64,000 nucleotides of DNA. Source: Candidatus Saccharicenans sp. (GTDB lineage Bacteria > Acidobacteriota > Aminicenantia > Aminicenantales > Saccharicenantaceae). The stretch is taken from the NCBI GenBank assembly GCA_024653215.1, contig JANLFU010000007.1, forward strand, positions 26,848 through 90,847, given 5' to 3'. The notes under the pieces were generated by a model that saw only the letters and a list, made by a program, of their open reading frames with translations, was not told the origin of the DNA and did no database searches. Both the position numbers and the translations under genes were made by a program. Of the stretch, positions 47,684 through 56,295 are shown piece by piece. Each line of letters begins with the position of its first letter. The stretch's first letter is position 1.

Positions 47684-49042
47684 TCAGACGTTTAATTTAT
47701 ATTTCTTCAGTTTCCGGTACAGGGCTGGCCTGGTCAGGCCCAGTACCCGGGCCGCTTTCTGCTTGTTAAACCCGTTGGCCCGCAGCACCTCCAGCAGGTG
47801 CTTCTTCTCTATCTCAGAGAGTGATAGGTTGACGTAAGGATAGGGTTTGTCTTCCATGAGCTCAGTTTCGACCAGGCTGATCATCCTTTCGGGCAGGTGT
47901 TGAATATCTATGAAATTATCGGCCGTCAGCATCACCCCTCGCTCAATCACCTTCTCCAGTTCCCTGATGTTCCCGGGCCAATCATACTCAAACAGAACTT
48001 TCTTAACGCGATTGGACAGCCCCCGGACCGATTTTTCAAAACGCTGGTTGTAACGGTCAATAAAATGAAGGCACAGGAGCGGAAGATCATCCTTGCGCTT
48101 TCTCAGGGGAGGCAGGTTTACCTCGGCGACGTTAATCCGGTGATACAGGTCTTCCCGGAAATTCCCCTTTTTTACCTCTTCCCTCAGGTTACGATTGGTG
48201 GCGCAGATAACCCTGACATCCACCCTGACCGGGCGGTTGCTGCCCAGCGGCTTGAAGGTTCTCTCCGACAGGAACCTCAGCAACTTGGCCTGGCTGCTTG
48301 GTGGAATTTCGCTGATTTCATCAAAAAATATGGTGCCGCCGTCGGCTTCCTTCAACAACCCGCTCTTGGACCGATCGGCGCCGGTGAAGGCCCCGCGTTC
48401 GTACCCGAACACCTCGGATTCAAACAGGGATTCTGGCAGCGTGGTGCAGTCGACCACCACCAGTGGCCTGTCTCGCCGGGGACTGAGGCTGTGGATGGCC
48501 CGGGCCACCAGCTCTTTTCCGGTCCCGGTTTCGCCGGTTACCAGGACTGTTATCTGGTGCCTGGCCAGCCTCTCCACCAGGGCAAATAGTTCCAGCATGG
48601 CCGGGTGCCGTCCGACCATTCCTTCAAAAATGTATTTGCTGGCCAGCTCCCTCTCCAGCTGGTAGGTCTCCCGCCGGACGGCAATTTTCTCTTCCAGCTT
48701 TTTCAGGCTTTCATCCAGGGCTTCAGGTCTGGCCGGGAGGCTCAGGTAATCAAGGGCTCCAGCCTTGATTACTTCGGCCACCCTGGTTTCACTTTCCGAT
48801 TGCCCCAGGACGATGACTTCCATCAACGGGTCATAACTCTTTATCCTGCGCAGCCTGGAAAAGGTATCCGATAACCGCCCTTCCCTGACCAGCAGAATCA
48901 CCCTCGGTTTTTCCTGGTTGATGCGCCTGATAAGGTCCTCTTCCACCCTGGCCAGGCTCAGCTGGCAGGCCCCAGGAGGCAGAGCCCGGGCAATCTCTCT
49001 GGCCACCATATCATCCGAAGAAATGAGTAATATTTTCAACAC
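47684..49042 (-). CDS. sigma54-dependent transcriptional activator (NtrC/Fis family) with degenerate receiver domain
   Basis: GETGTGKE, GAFTGA, IFFDEI, FREDLYHR, WPGNIREL, C-terminal HTH NKQKAARVLGLTRPALYRKLK. Confidence 0.93.
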   Translation of the reverse strand: MLKILLISSDDMVAREIARALPPGACQLSLARVEEDLIRRINQEKPRVILLVREGRLSDTFSRLRRIKSYDPLMEVIVLGQSESETRVAEVIKAGALDYLSLPARPEALDESLKKLEEKIAVRRETYQLERELASKYIFEGMVGRHPAMLELFALVERLARHQITVLVTGETGTGKELVARAIHSLSPRRDRPLVVVDCTTLPESLFESEVFGYERGAFTGADRSKSGLLKEADGGTIFFDEISEIPPSSQAKLLRFLSERTFKPLGSNRPVRVDVRVICATNRNLREEVKKGNFREDLYHRINVAEVNLPPLRKRKDDLPLLCLHFIDRYNQRFEKSVRGLSNRVKKVLFEYDWPGNIRELEKVIERGVMLTADNFIDIQHLPERMISLVETELMEDKPYPYVNLSLSEIEKKHLLEVLRANGFNKQKAARVLGLTRPALYRKLKKYKLNV

Positions 49043-49177
49043 GCTTCACCCAAGGCCAAGACAACTTTTTTCTATTATACCCATGAATTTTTCCTTAATA
49101 AAGCATCTTTTCTTTAAGCACGGCTTGGGCTATACTTTTTCTTCAACCTTAAATCATAAAACGCATCGGAGGATAGC

Positions 49178-49771
49178 ATGTCTGAAGACCGTTCCGAGCT
49201 GATTCTGAACCTGTTCAAGGAAAGCCAGGCCCTGCTCAAAGGCCATTTCAAGCTCACCTCGGGAAAACATTCCGATACTTACTTCGAAAAAATCAAATTG
49301 ATCGAGCGGCCGGCGGTCCTGGAAAAAATCATCGACCTGCTGGTAGAAGAAATCAAGAAGGACAACCCGGAATTTGATTACGTGGTTTCCCCGGCCTACG
49401 GCGGCATCGCCATAGGTTTCCTGACCGCCCTGAAGCTCAACAAGCTCTTTGCCTTTTCCCAGAGAGTTGAGGAGAAAATGACCGTCCGCTCGGGCTTCGC
49501 CGGGCTTCCGGGTCAACGGGCCATAATCGTGGAAGATATCCTGACCACCGGCGGTTCGGTCCAGGAAGTGCTGGAATGCCTCAAGGCGATGGAGGTTACG
49601 GTGGCCGGAATCTACTGCCTGGTCGACCGTAGCGCCGGCCAGGTCCTGATAGAGGGAAAACCGGTCCGAAGCCTGCTGGCCCTTAAGGTCTCTGCCTACG
49701 AGCCCGAGGCCTGTCCCCTCTGCCAGCAGGGACTGCCCCTGGTCAAGCCCGGAGCCTCTGATAAAAAATGA
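49178..49771 (+). CDS. pyrE: orotate phosphoribosyltransferase
   Basis: GHFKLTSGKHS.YF, IIVEDILTTGGS PRPP motif, CPLC...KPG tail. Confidence 0.93.
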   Translation: MSEDRSELILNLFKESQALLKGHFKLTSGKHSDTYFEKIKLIERPAVLEKIIDLLVEEIKKDNPEFDYVVSPAYGGIAIGFLTALKLNKLFAFSQRVEEKMTVRSGFAGLPGQRAIIVEDILTTGGSVQEVLECLKAMEVTVAGIYCLVDRSAGQVLIEGKPVRSLLALKVSAYEPEACPLCQQGLPLVKPGASDKK

Positions 49772-51690
49772 AGGTTGTCCTGGCCTCGGAATCTCCACGG
49801 AGAATCAAGTTACTTAAAAGGATAGTCAAATCTTTTCTGGTCATTCCCAGCGGCCTGGATGAAAACCAGATTGCCGAGAAGGACCCAGCGGTTTTTGCTT
49901 TGAAAGCAGCCGAGGCCAAGGCCCGGGCGGTGGCCGCCTCCAACCCCGAAGCCCTGGTGATTGCCGCCGACACCGTGGTCACCATAGACGGCCTGATACT
50001 TGGCAAGCCCGCAGACCGGGCCGAAGCTGAACGGATGCTGGAATTGCTTTCCGGCCGGACCCATCAGGTGATAACCGCGGTCGTTCTTTACAACCAGCAG
50101 GAAGACAGGCTGTTGACGGGCCAGGAAATCAGCCGGGTGACCTTTAAACCTCTAACCAGGGAAGATATCAGTGCCTACCTCGACCGTAACACCTACCAGG
50201 ACAAGGCCGGAGCCTACGCCATCCAGGAAATAAAGGACCTGTTCCTGGAGAAGCTGGAAGGCGACTACAATAACGTGGTTGGCCTGCCGGTCCGACTGCT
50301 GCGACGGCTGTTCAACAAGTTCCAGGAAACAAAGGCCAGGGTGGAGATATCCGGTTTTCTTCTACCGGAAGCGGCTGGACTGGCCAGCAGCCAGGGCCAG
50401 ACCTTCCAGGTTCCGGGAGCCTATCCGGGCGACCTGGTGGAAATCTCTTACCTGCCGGCGGGCAAAACAGCCATCAAGGCCCGGCTGCTGGAGATAATCA
50501 CGCCGGGACCGGCCAGGCAGCAGGCCGCCTGCCCCCATTTCGGTCGTTGCGGCGGTTGCGCTTTCCAGGACCTGGCCTACCCCGAGCAACTGCGCCAGAA
50601 GGAAAACTACCTGTTTGAAGTCTTCAAGCAGCACTTCCCTTCCAGTTACCGCTACCTGGAAATTGAAAGAATCCTGCCCTCCCCTGCCCATTATTTTTAC
50701 CGCAATAAAATGGAATTCTCCTTCGGCCAGTCCGGTGGAGAAATCTTCCTGGGCCTGCGAGAAAAAACCCGACCCCACCAGGGACACCATAACAAGAGAG
50801 TTGTCCCCCTTGAAATCTGCCATCTCAGCACGCCGCTGACCGAAAAAATATTCCGGGCAGTCTGTCGGCAGGCCTCCAAAACCGGCCTGCCGGTTTTCAA
50901 CCTGGAAAGCAAGAAGGGTTTTTTCCGCCACCTGGTAATCAGGGAGGGAAAGAGAACCGGGCAACTGATGCTGCTCCTGGTAACCACCAGCCAGGCCGAA
51001 TTACCCGCGGAAGAATTCGCCGCGGCCATCCTGGAGGCGGTGCCGGAGCTGGCCAGCTTCTGGTGGGTGGAAAACGACCGCATTGCCGACGTGGTGGCCT
51101 TTGAAAAAACTCACCTGGTCTACGGCCGGGAAGCCATAGAAGAAATGCTTCAGGGTTTCCGCTTCAGGATTTATCCGGGCTCCTTTTTCCAGACCAACCC
51201 CCTGGCGGCCGAAATCGTCTATGCCCTCATCCAGGAAGAAGCCCGCCGGCTGCGCACCCAATCCGCCCTCGGCTTGTACTGCGGCTCCGGCGCCATAGAA
51301 ATCTGCCTGTCTAAAGCCGCGACCGAGGTGGTGGGAGTGGACTGGGACCCGGCCAACATCAGAACGGCCAACGAGAACCTGGCCATTAACCACGTCCAGA
51401 ACGTCCGGTTCCAGGAGAGCTCGGTGGAGGAAGCCTTACCCGAGATCAGTCGCGGCAGCTTTGACCTGCTGGTAATCGACCCGCCCCGGGCCGGGCTCAG
51501 CCCGAGAAGCCTCAAGCAGATTATCGGGCTCAGGATTCCAGCCCTGATTTACGTTTCCTGCAACCCGGCCACCCTGGCCCGCGATTTGAAAGTCCTGGTG
51601 GATAGCGGCTACAAGGTCAGCCGCTTAACACCGGTCGATTTCTTTCCCCACACCGGGCATCTGGAAGTAGTGGCCCACCTCAGCCTCTGA
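49768..51690 (+). CDS. rlmD: Maf nucleotide pyrophosphatase fused to 23S rRNA m5U1939 methyltransferase RlmD
   Basis: Maf: LASESPRR, ADTVV, GKP, DKAGAYAIQ, NVVGLP. RlmD: CPHFGRCGGC, YRNKMEF, FFQTN, LYCGSG, DPPRAG, YVSCNPATLARD, FPHTGHLE. One continuous 640-aa ORF. Confidence 0.9.
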   Translation: MKVVLASESPRRIKLLKRIVKSFLVIPSGLDENQIAEKDPAVFALKAAEAKARAVAASNPEALVIAADTVVTIDGLILGKPADRAEAERMLELLSGRTHQVITAVVLYNQQEDRLLTGQEISRVTFKPLTREDISAYLDRNTYQDKAGAYAIQEIKDLFLEKLEGDYNNVVGLPVRLLRRLFNKFQETKARVEISGFLLPEAAGLASSQGQTFQVPGAYPGDLVEISYLPAGKTAIKARLLEIITPGPARQQAACPHFGRCGGCAFQDLAYPEQLRQKENYLFEVFKQHFPSSYRYLEIERILPSPAHYFYRNKMEFSFGQSGGEIFLGLREKTRPHQGHHNKRVVPLEICHLSTPLTEKIFRAVCRQASKTGLPVFNLESKKGFFRHLVIREGKRTGQLMLLLVTTSQAELPAEEFAAAILEAVPELASFWWVENDRIADVVAFEKTHLVYGREAIEEMLQGFRFRIYPGSFFQTNPLAAEIVYALIQEEARRLRTQSALGLYCGSGAIEICLSKAATEVVGVDWDPANIRTANENLAINHVQNVRFQESSVEEALPEISRGSFDLLVIDPPRAGLSPRSLKQIIGLRIPALIYVSCNPATLARDLKVLVDSGYKVSRLTPVDFFPHTGHLEVVAHLSL

Positions 51691-51721
51691 GGCCAGCCGG
51701 CTGGCCACCCGGGCAGGCTTT

Positions 51722-52192
51722 TTATTCCTTGGTCTGGGTAGTCAGGAAGATGGGCAGGGTCATCTGCTTGACCTGGTCCATCAGTTCTTCAATTTCATCA
51801 ATATGGTTGTCTTCGTCCTGAAGGATCTTTTCCAGCAATTCCCTGGTGGCAAAATCACCCACCTCGCCGGCCAGCTTGATGGCGGCGTTGTAAGCCTTGA
51901 TGGCTTCAAACTCGGCCTTGCGGTCAAACTCCAGCATCTTGGGCACTTCATCACCGATGAAAATCTTCTTTAACTCGGAAACGATGGGAATTCCCTCCAG
52001 GAACAGGATCCGGCCGATCAGGCTCTCGGCATGCTTCATCTCCTGGATGGCCCTTTTCTCGATGGTCTTGTGGAGCTTCTCGTAGCCCCAGCTGTCGCAC
52101 ATCTCGGAGTGGACCATGTATTGATTGATGGCCGTCAGTTCGTCAGCCAGCAAAGAATTCAGGGTCTTGATAAGTTTGGGATCGCCTTTCAT
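51722..52192 (-). CDS. bfr: bacterioferritin
   Basis: MKGD, ELTAINQY, EMKHAE (heme Met), RILFLEG, EDNH. Confidence 0.95.
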   Translation of the reverse strand: MKGDPKLIKTLNSLLADELTAINQYMVHSEMCDSWGYEKLHKTIEKRAIQEMKHAESLIGRILFLEGIPIVSELKKIFIGDEVPKMLEFDRKAEFEAIKAYNAAIKLAGEVGDFATRELLEKILQDEDNHIDEIEELMDQVKQMTLPIFLTTQTKE

Positions 52193-52293
52193 CGTAGCCT
52201 CCTTTCTCTAAGTTTTTTTATTTTACCTTATTGAACGAAACAAGTAAACAAATAGATTTTCCCGACTTTTTCATTTAAAATTAACTCCAGCTT

Positions 52294-53451
52294 ATGATCA
52301 AGGCCATACCGGAAGATTTTATAGTCGAGGAGCTGGCCAGCCTGCCGCTGGTCGAAAGCGGTGAGTTCCGCGTTTACCGGCTGACCAAGAAAAACTGGAC
52401 CACCCCCGACCTGATGCGCTTCCTGGCCAAGACCCTGTCCATTTCTCCCAAGGCCCTGGCCTATGGCGGAAAGAAGGACAAGCACGGGGTTACCACCCAG
52501 CACATCACCATCCGCAGCCAGAAGGATTTTAGCCGGGAAGACAAGAATTTCTCGCTCCAGGCCATCGGTTTCATGCGCAAGCCGATGAGCCCCTCGCTCA
52601 TCCAGGGAAACAGGTTCCGCATCACCATCCGGAACTTAAGAGAACTGGAGCCAGTCCTGGACAACCTGGAAGAAGTCCGGCAATTTGGCTTTCCCAATTT
52701 TTTTGACGACCAGCGTTTCCGCGGCACCAATCCCCAGCTCGGATTTTTTGCCGACCGGGTGCTGCGGGGCCATTATAATGGTGCCCTGCAGATTTTCCTC
52801 CAATCCCAGAACCAGGTCAGCAACAACAAAGAAAACCGGGAAAGGGTGGCCCGGATCATGGAAAACTGGCGCAACTGGGAAAAGTGCCTGGAACTGGCCA
52901 AGGGGCTAACTGAAAAGAGAATTTTCCGAACACTGCTGCTGCGGCCCGATGATTTCCTGGCCGCCCTGGAGAAGATACCCCGCGAAGAAATCGCCATGGC
53001 CTATGCTGCCTTTGGCTCATACCTGTGGAACGAGCTGCTGCGCCGGCTCCTGAAAGAATTGATTACCGACTTGCATGAGGTTAAGGCCGAATCGGGTCTG
53101 TTCTATTTCTGGAAAACTCTGGACCAGCCCGTTTTTAGCTACCTTCAAGACCTCAAGCTGCCCACCCCCTCGGCCAAGATGCAGTTTCCCGACGAACGCA
53201 GCCGCAACCTCTACCTTAAAATCCTGGAAGAAAACAATTTGAGGTTTGCTTCCTTCCGCACCCGGGCCCTAAGCCGGGTTTTTTTCCGCTCCTTCCAGAG
53301 AAAGGTGCTGCTGTTCCCGGAAGGCCTGGAAATTGTTGACCGGAAAGAAGACGAGCTTCACCCCGGGAAAAAGGCCCTGGTCCTCTCCTTCAGCCTGCCC
53401 CGGGGAGCCTTTGCCACCATGCTGGTTAAAAGAATTCTCATTGAAGCCTGA
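52294..53451 (+). CDS. truD: tRNA pseudouridine(13) synthase TruD
   Basis: PEDFIVEE, GKKDKHGVTTQ (catalytic Asp), GNRFRI, FPNFFDDQRF, FSLPRGAFAT. Confidence 0.92.
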   Translation: MIKAIPEDFIVEELASLPLVESGEFRVYRLTKKNWTTPDLMRFLAKTLSISPKALAYGGKKDKHGVTTQHITIRSQKDFSREDKNFSLQAIGFMRKPMSPSLIQGNRFRITIRNLRELEPVLDNLEEVRQFGFPNFFDDQRFRGTNPQLGFFADRVLRGHYNGALQIFLQSQNQVSNNKENRERVARIMENWRNWEKCLELAKGLTEKRIFRTLLLRPDDFLAALEKIPREEIAMAYAAFGSYLWNELLRRLLKELITDLHEVKAESGLFYFWKTLDQPVFSYLQDLKLPTPSAKMQFPDERSRNLYLKILEENNLRFASFRTRALSRVFFRSFQRKVLLFPEGLEIVDRKEDELHPGKKALVLSFSLPRGAFATMLVKRILIEA

Positions 53452-53491
53452 GTCTAAATTTATGTTAAATTAACCAGAGGATAACCGCGTC

Positions 53492-54166
53492 ATGAAAACA
53501 ACCGCTATCATCCTCGGAGGAGGCCGTGGGACCAGGCTGGGCTTCACCGTCCCCAAGCAATTTGCCCGGCTTGGAGGCCGACCGCTCTTTGATTATTCGG
53601 TCGAAAAATTCTCGGCGCTTAAGGTGGACCAGATCGTGGCCGTCCTGGTTGAAGATTACAAGAACTATTACCAGCCGCATCCGGCCATAGCTATTACCGC
53701 CCCGGCCGGCGAGAGCCGGCAGCAATCGGTGCTAAACGGCCTCGCGGCCTGCCCCAATGATACCGACCTGGTCGTCATCCACGACTCGGCCCGGCCTTTC
53801 TTTCCGCTCAGGGCCCTGGAAGAGGGGCTGAAATTACTGGGAGAAAACAGGTACGACGGCCTGGCCCTGGCGATTCCATCCACCGACACCCTGGTTGAAA
53901 TCGAGGCCGGCCGGGTGGTGGACTTTCCGGACAGAAGCAAAATTTACAGGATGCAGACCCCGCAGCTGTTTCGCTTCCAGTCTATAAGAGAGGCCTACGA
54001 AAGATTGCGGGGACGGGAATTCACCGATGACCTGTCGCTGGCCTGGGCCGCCGGGCTGAGATGCGGTCTCCTGGAAGGCAGCCAGCTGAATTTCAAGATC
54101 ACCACCGAGACTGACTGGCTACTGGCCGAGAGTCTCCTGAACTCAGGCGGGCTGGAGCTTGTTTAA
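53492..54166 (+). CDS. ispD: IspD/TarI family cytidylyltransferase
   Basis: GGRGTRLG..PKQF, SRQQSV.NGL, IHDSARP, QTPQ.F, TDD, NFKITT. Confidence 0.85.
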   Translation: MKTTAIILGGGRGTRLGFTVPKQFARLGGRPLFDYSVEKFSALKVDQIVAVLVEDYKNYYQPHPAIAITAPAGESRQQSVLNGLAACPNDTDLVVIHDSARPFFPLRALEEGLKLLGENRYDGLALAIPSTDTLVEIEAGRVVDFPDRSKIYRMQTPQLFRFQSIREAYERLRGREFTDDLSLAWAAGLRCGLLEGSQLNFKITTETDWLLAESLLNSGGLELV

Positions 54167-55468
54167 GGCCTTCTTTCTAAGCTGCCGCCGTGACCAGCTG
54201 CCGAAATAGACCGCTTCCAGGAAGGCAAAAAACGAAACCATGATCGCCAGCAACCTGGCTCCCCCCAGGGCAATCAGGACAAAGGCCAGGGTGGTGAAAA
54301 AGTCCCTCCGGTAGATGAAGGCAATTCTGGAGGCCAGCCGGTCAGCCCAGGTCTGAAAATCGGGGTCGTGGATGCTGGTTTCTATTTCCCGGGCGATGGG
54401 TACTATGTTAAAGCCGATACCGGCTCTCCGGGCGTAATGGATCATCTGCAGGTAAAAGCCGACCATCGACAGCCAGCCGAAAGCACCGACGTACAGCCAG
54501 GCCTCACTGGAGGTCCCCCGGTAAAGCCCCAGGGGCAGCGCGGTGAAAAAGGTTACATATAAGAAAGCATCGGCCGAGATATCAAAAATTGTGCCGAACC
54601 GCGAAACCCGGCAGGTCAACCTGGCATTTTCACCGTCGCAGCAGTCTATGACCGAGGCCACCAGGAATAGAAAGGAACCCAGGGCCATGGAGCCATATCG
54701 TCCCTTTAAAATCAGGTAGACGCTGAGCAGTTCAACGGCCAGGACGATCAGGCTGATCTGGTTGGGAGTCAGGCCCCACCTGATCAGATGCCGGGTCAAC
54801 CTGAGGGAAATCGGGCGGAACCAGACCCGGGTGATGTAGCCGTCCACGGGTTTTCGCCCGGTTTCCAGAAGAAGTTTTTCGGCCTGGCGGGCCTCTCCCG
54901 GGCCATCAATTCTTACGGCAAAGGGACAATCAACCTCAAGACTGCCAGTAGAAATAGAGTCCCCGGGTTTTTCCAGCCCGTCTGACCCGGTGCCTGTAGA
55001 ACTCATTAGGGCCGGCAGAAGGTTGCCGATTCTTTCCCGGTTAACCAAAAAGGCCCCGACCCGGCCGGACCGTCCGCCGGCAGAAGAACCATTCGGGTTG
55101 ACGAGAATCAGGTCTTGGCCGGGCTCCTGGCCACTAGCCCGGACAATAGACGTAAAAAAATCAGGGTGCACCACCAGCTTATCTTCCAGGACCAGGACAT
55201 GCGAATTGCCGTTCTTTTCAGAGCCAGCCTGCGGGATATTTTCTGGCGTCCAGATAGCCAGCTCCATCTTTTCCGGGCTGAACCTCCGGTCTGAACGGAG
55301 TTTTTCCAGGACCTGACGGGCCAGACCGGGTTGTTCTGAATACAGCCAGAATTTTCGCAGCCCGGCCTTCTGGCCATAAAGAATCAGCCTTTCCAGCAGG
55401 CTCAGTCCCAGGATCCTGGTCTGGCCTTCCCGGCTCAGCAGGACTATTGTTTCTTCCATTGCTTTCAC
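54143..55468 (-). CDS. CDP-alcohol phosphotransferase with degenerate N-terminal nucleotidyltransferase-like domain (copy B)
   Basis: DCCDGENAR...GTIFDISAD signature, TPNQIS; N-terminal ILGLSLLERLI...AG without GxGxR. Confidence 0.85.
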   Translation of the reverse strand: MKAMEETIVLLSREGQTRILGLSLLERLILYGQKAGLRKFWLYSEQPGLARQVLEKLRSDRRFSPEKMELAIWTPENIPQAGSEKNGNSHVLVLEDKLVVHPDFFTSIVRASGQEPGQDLILVNPNGSSAGGRSGRVGAFLVNRERIGNLLPALMSSTGTGSDGLEKPGDSISTGSLEVDCPFAVRIDGPGEARQAEKLLLETGRKPVDGYITRVWFRPISLRLTRHLIRWGLTPNQISLIVLAVELLSVYLILKGRYGSMALGSFLFLVASVIDCCDGENARLTCRVSRFGTIFDISADAFLYVTFFTALPLGLYRGTSSEAWLYVGAFGWLSMVGFYLQMIHYARRAGIGFNIVPIAREIETSIHDPDFQTWADRLASRIAFIYRRDFFTTLAFVLIALGGARLLAIMVSFFAFLEAVYFGSWSRRQLRKKALNKLQPA

Positions 55469-55611
55469 TGTTTATAAGGCCATATGCCTGAAAAATAAGT
55501 GTTTCTTTTATCACAATGCTGCCCGAAATTCAACCAAAGGCGGGAAATTTGCCGGCAGAGGAACCTAGCCGGGCCTCTTGCCTGGAGCCCTGGCCCGGGG
55601 TTTGACCCGGG

Positions 55612-56295
55612 CTATCTGCCAGAGGCCAGGTAAGCCCTGACCCGCTCCAGGTCCTCGGGAAAATCTACTTCGTGGCAGAATAGCCCGTCGGAGGGCACAG
55701 CTAAGAACCGGCCTTTTTCCTGAACGATGTAATTTTCTATCGCTTTTTCAAAATAGTCGTTGTCGCCCACCAGTTCCAGGTGCCTTCTCAGGGGCTCAAG
55801 GTCGGCCCGGGCGACCAGGTTGATACCCAGGGCCTCGCCCTCGGCCGACTCCACCTGCTTGGAAATTTCTGTAATAAAACCGGCCCCGTCGGTTCTGTAT
55901 TTCACCTCTTCCGGGCCGCATCTCTTGTCATCGACCAAAACGCAGGAACACCCGGCAGAGAGCATCTTCGGGATTATCCCCCGGTCAAAAATCACATCCC
56001 CGTTTATCCAGAGCACGTCCTCGTCCAGCCGGCTCAGGCCCTTGAGCAGGCTCTTGCTGGTATTGGTGACGGCAAACCTCTCGTTAAAGGTATAGGTCAG
56101 CTCGGGGTGCCTGGCCACAATCAATTCTTTCCTGAAACCGACCACCACCAGAATGTTTTCCACGGGAATAAAGGGTTTGAGGTTTTCCACCTGGTAATCG
56201 ATTATGGTTCGCCGGTCGTCGACCGGGACCATGGCCTTGGGTAAGTCCAGGCCGAGCCTGGTTCCCCGTCCGGCGGCCAGAATGACTGCTTTCAC
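55612..56295 (-). CDS. LicC-like cytidylyltransferase (NTP transferase)
   Basis: MKAVILAAGRGTRL, PK, TNTSKSL, INGDV, EEVKY, GEALGI, EVDFPEDL. Confidence 0.88.
   Translation of the reverse strand: MKAVILAAGRGTRLGLDLPKAMVPVDDRRTIIDYQVENLKPFIPVENILVVVGFRKELIVARHPELTYTFNERFAVTNTSKSLLKGLSRLDEDVLWINGDVIFDRGIIPKMLSAGCSCVLVDDKRCGPEEVKYRTDGAGFITEISKQVESAEGEALGINLVARADLEPLRRHLELVGDNDYFEKAIENYIVQEKGRFLAVPSDGLFCHEVDFPEDLERVRAYLASGR

Noticed and set aside
51691-51706. Palindrome GGCCAGCCGGCTGGCC between rlmD and bfr
   Set aside because: Probably an ordinary bidirectional terminator hairpin built from words common in this genome; not notable.
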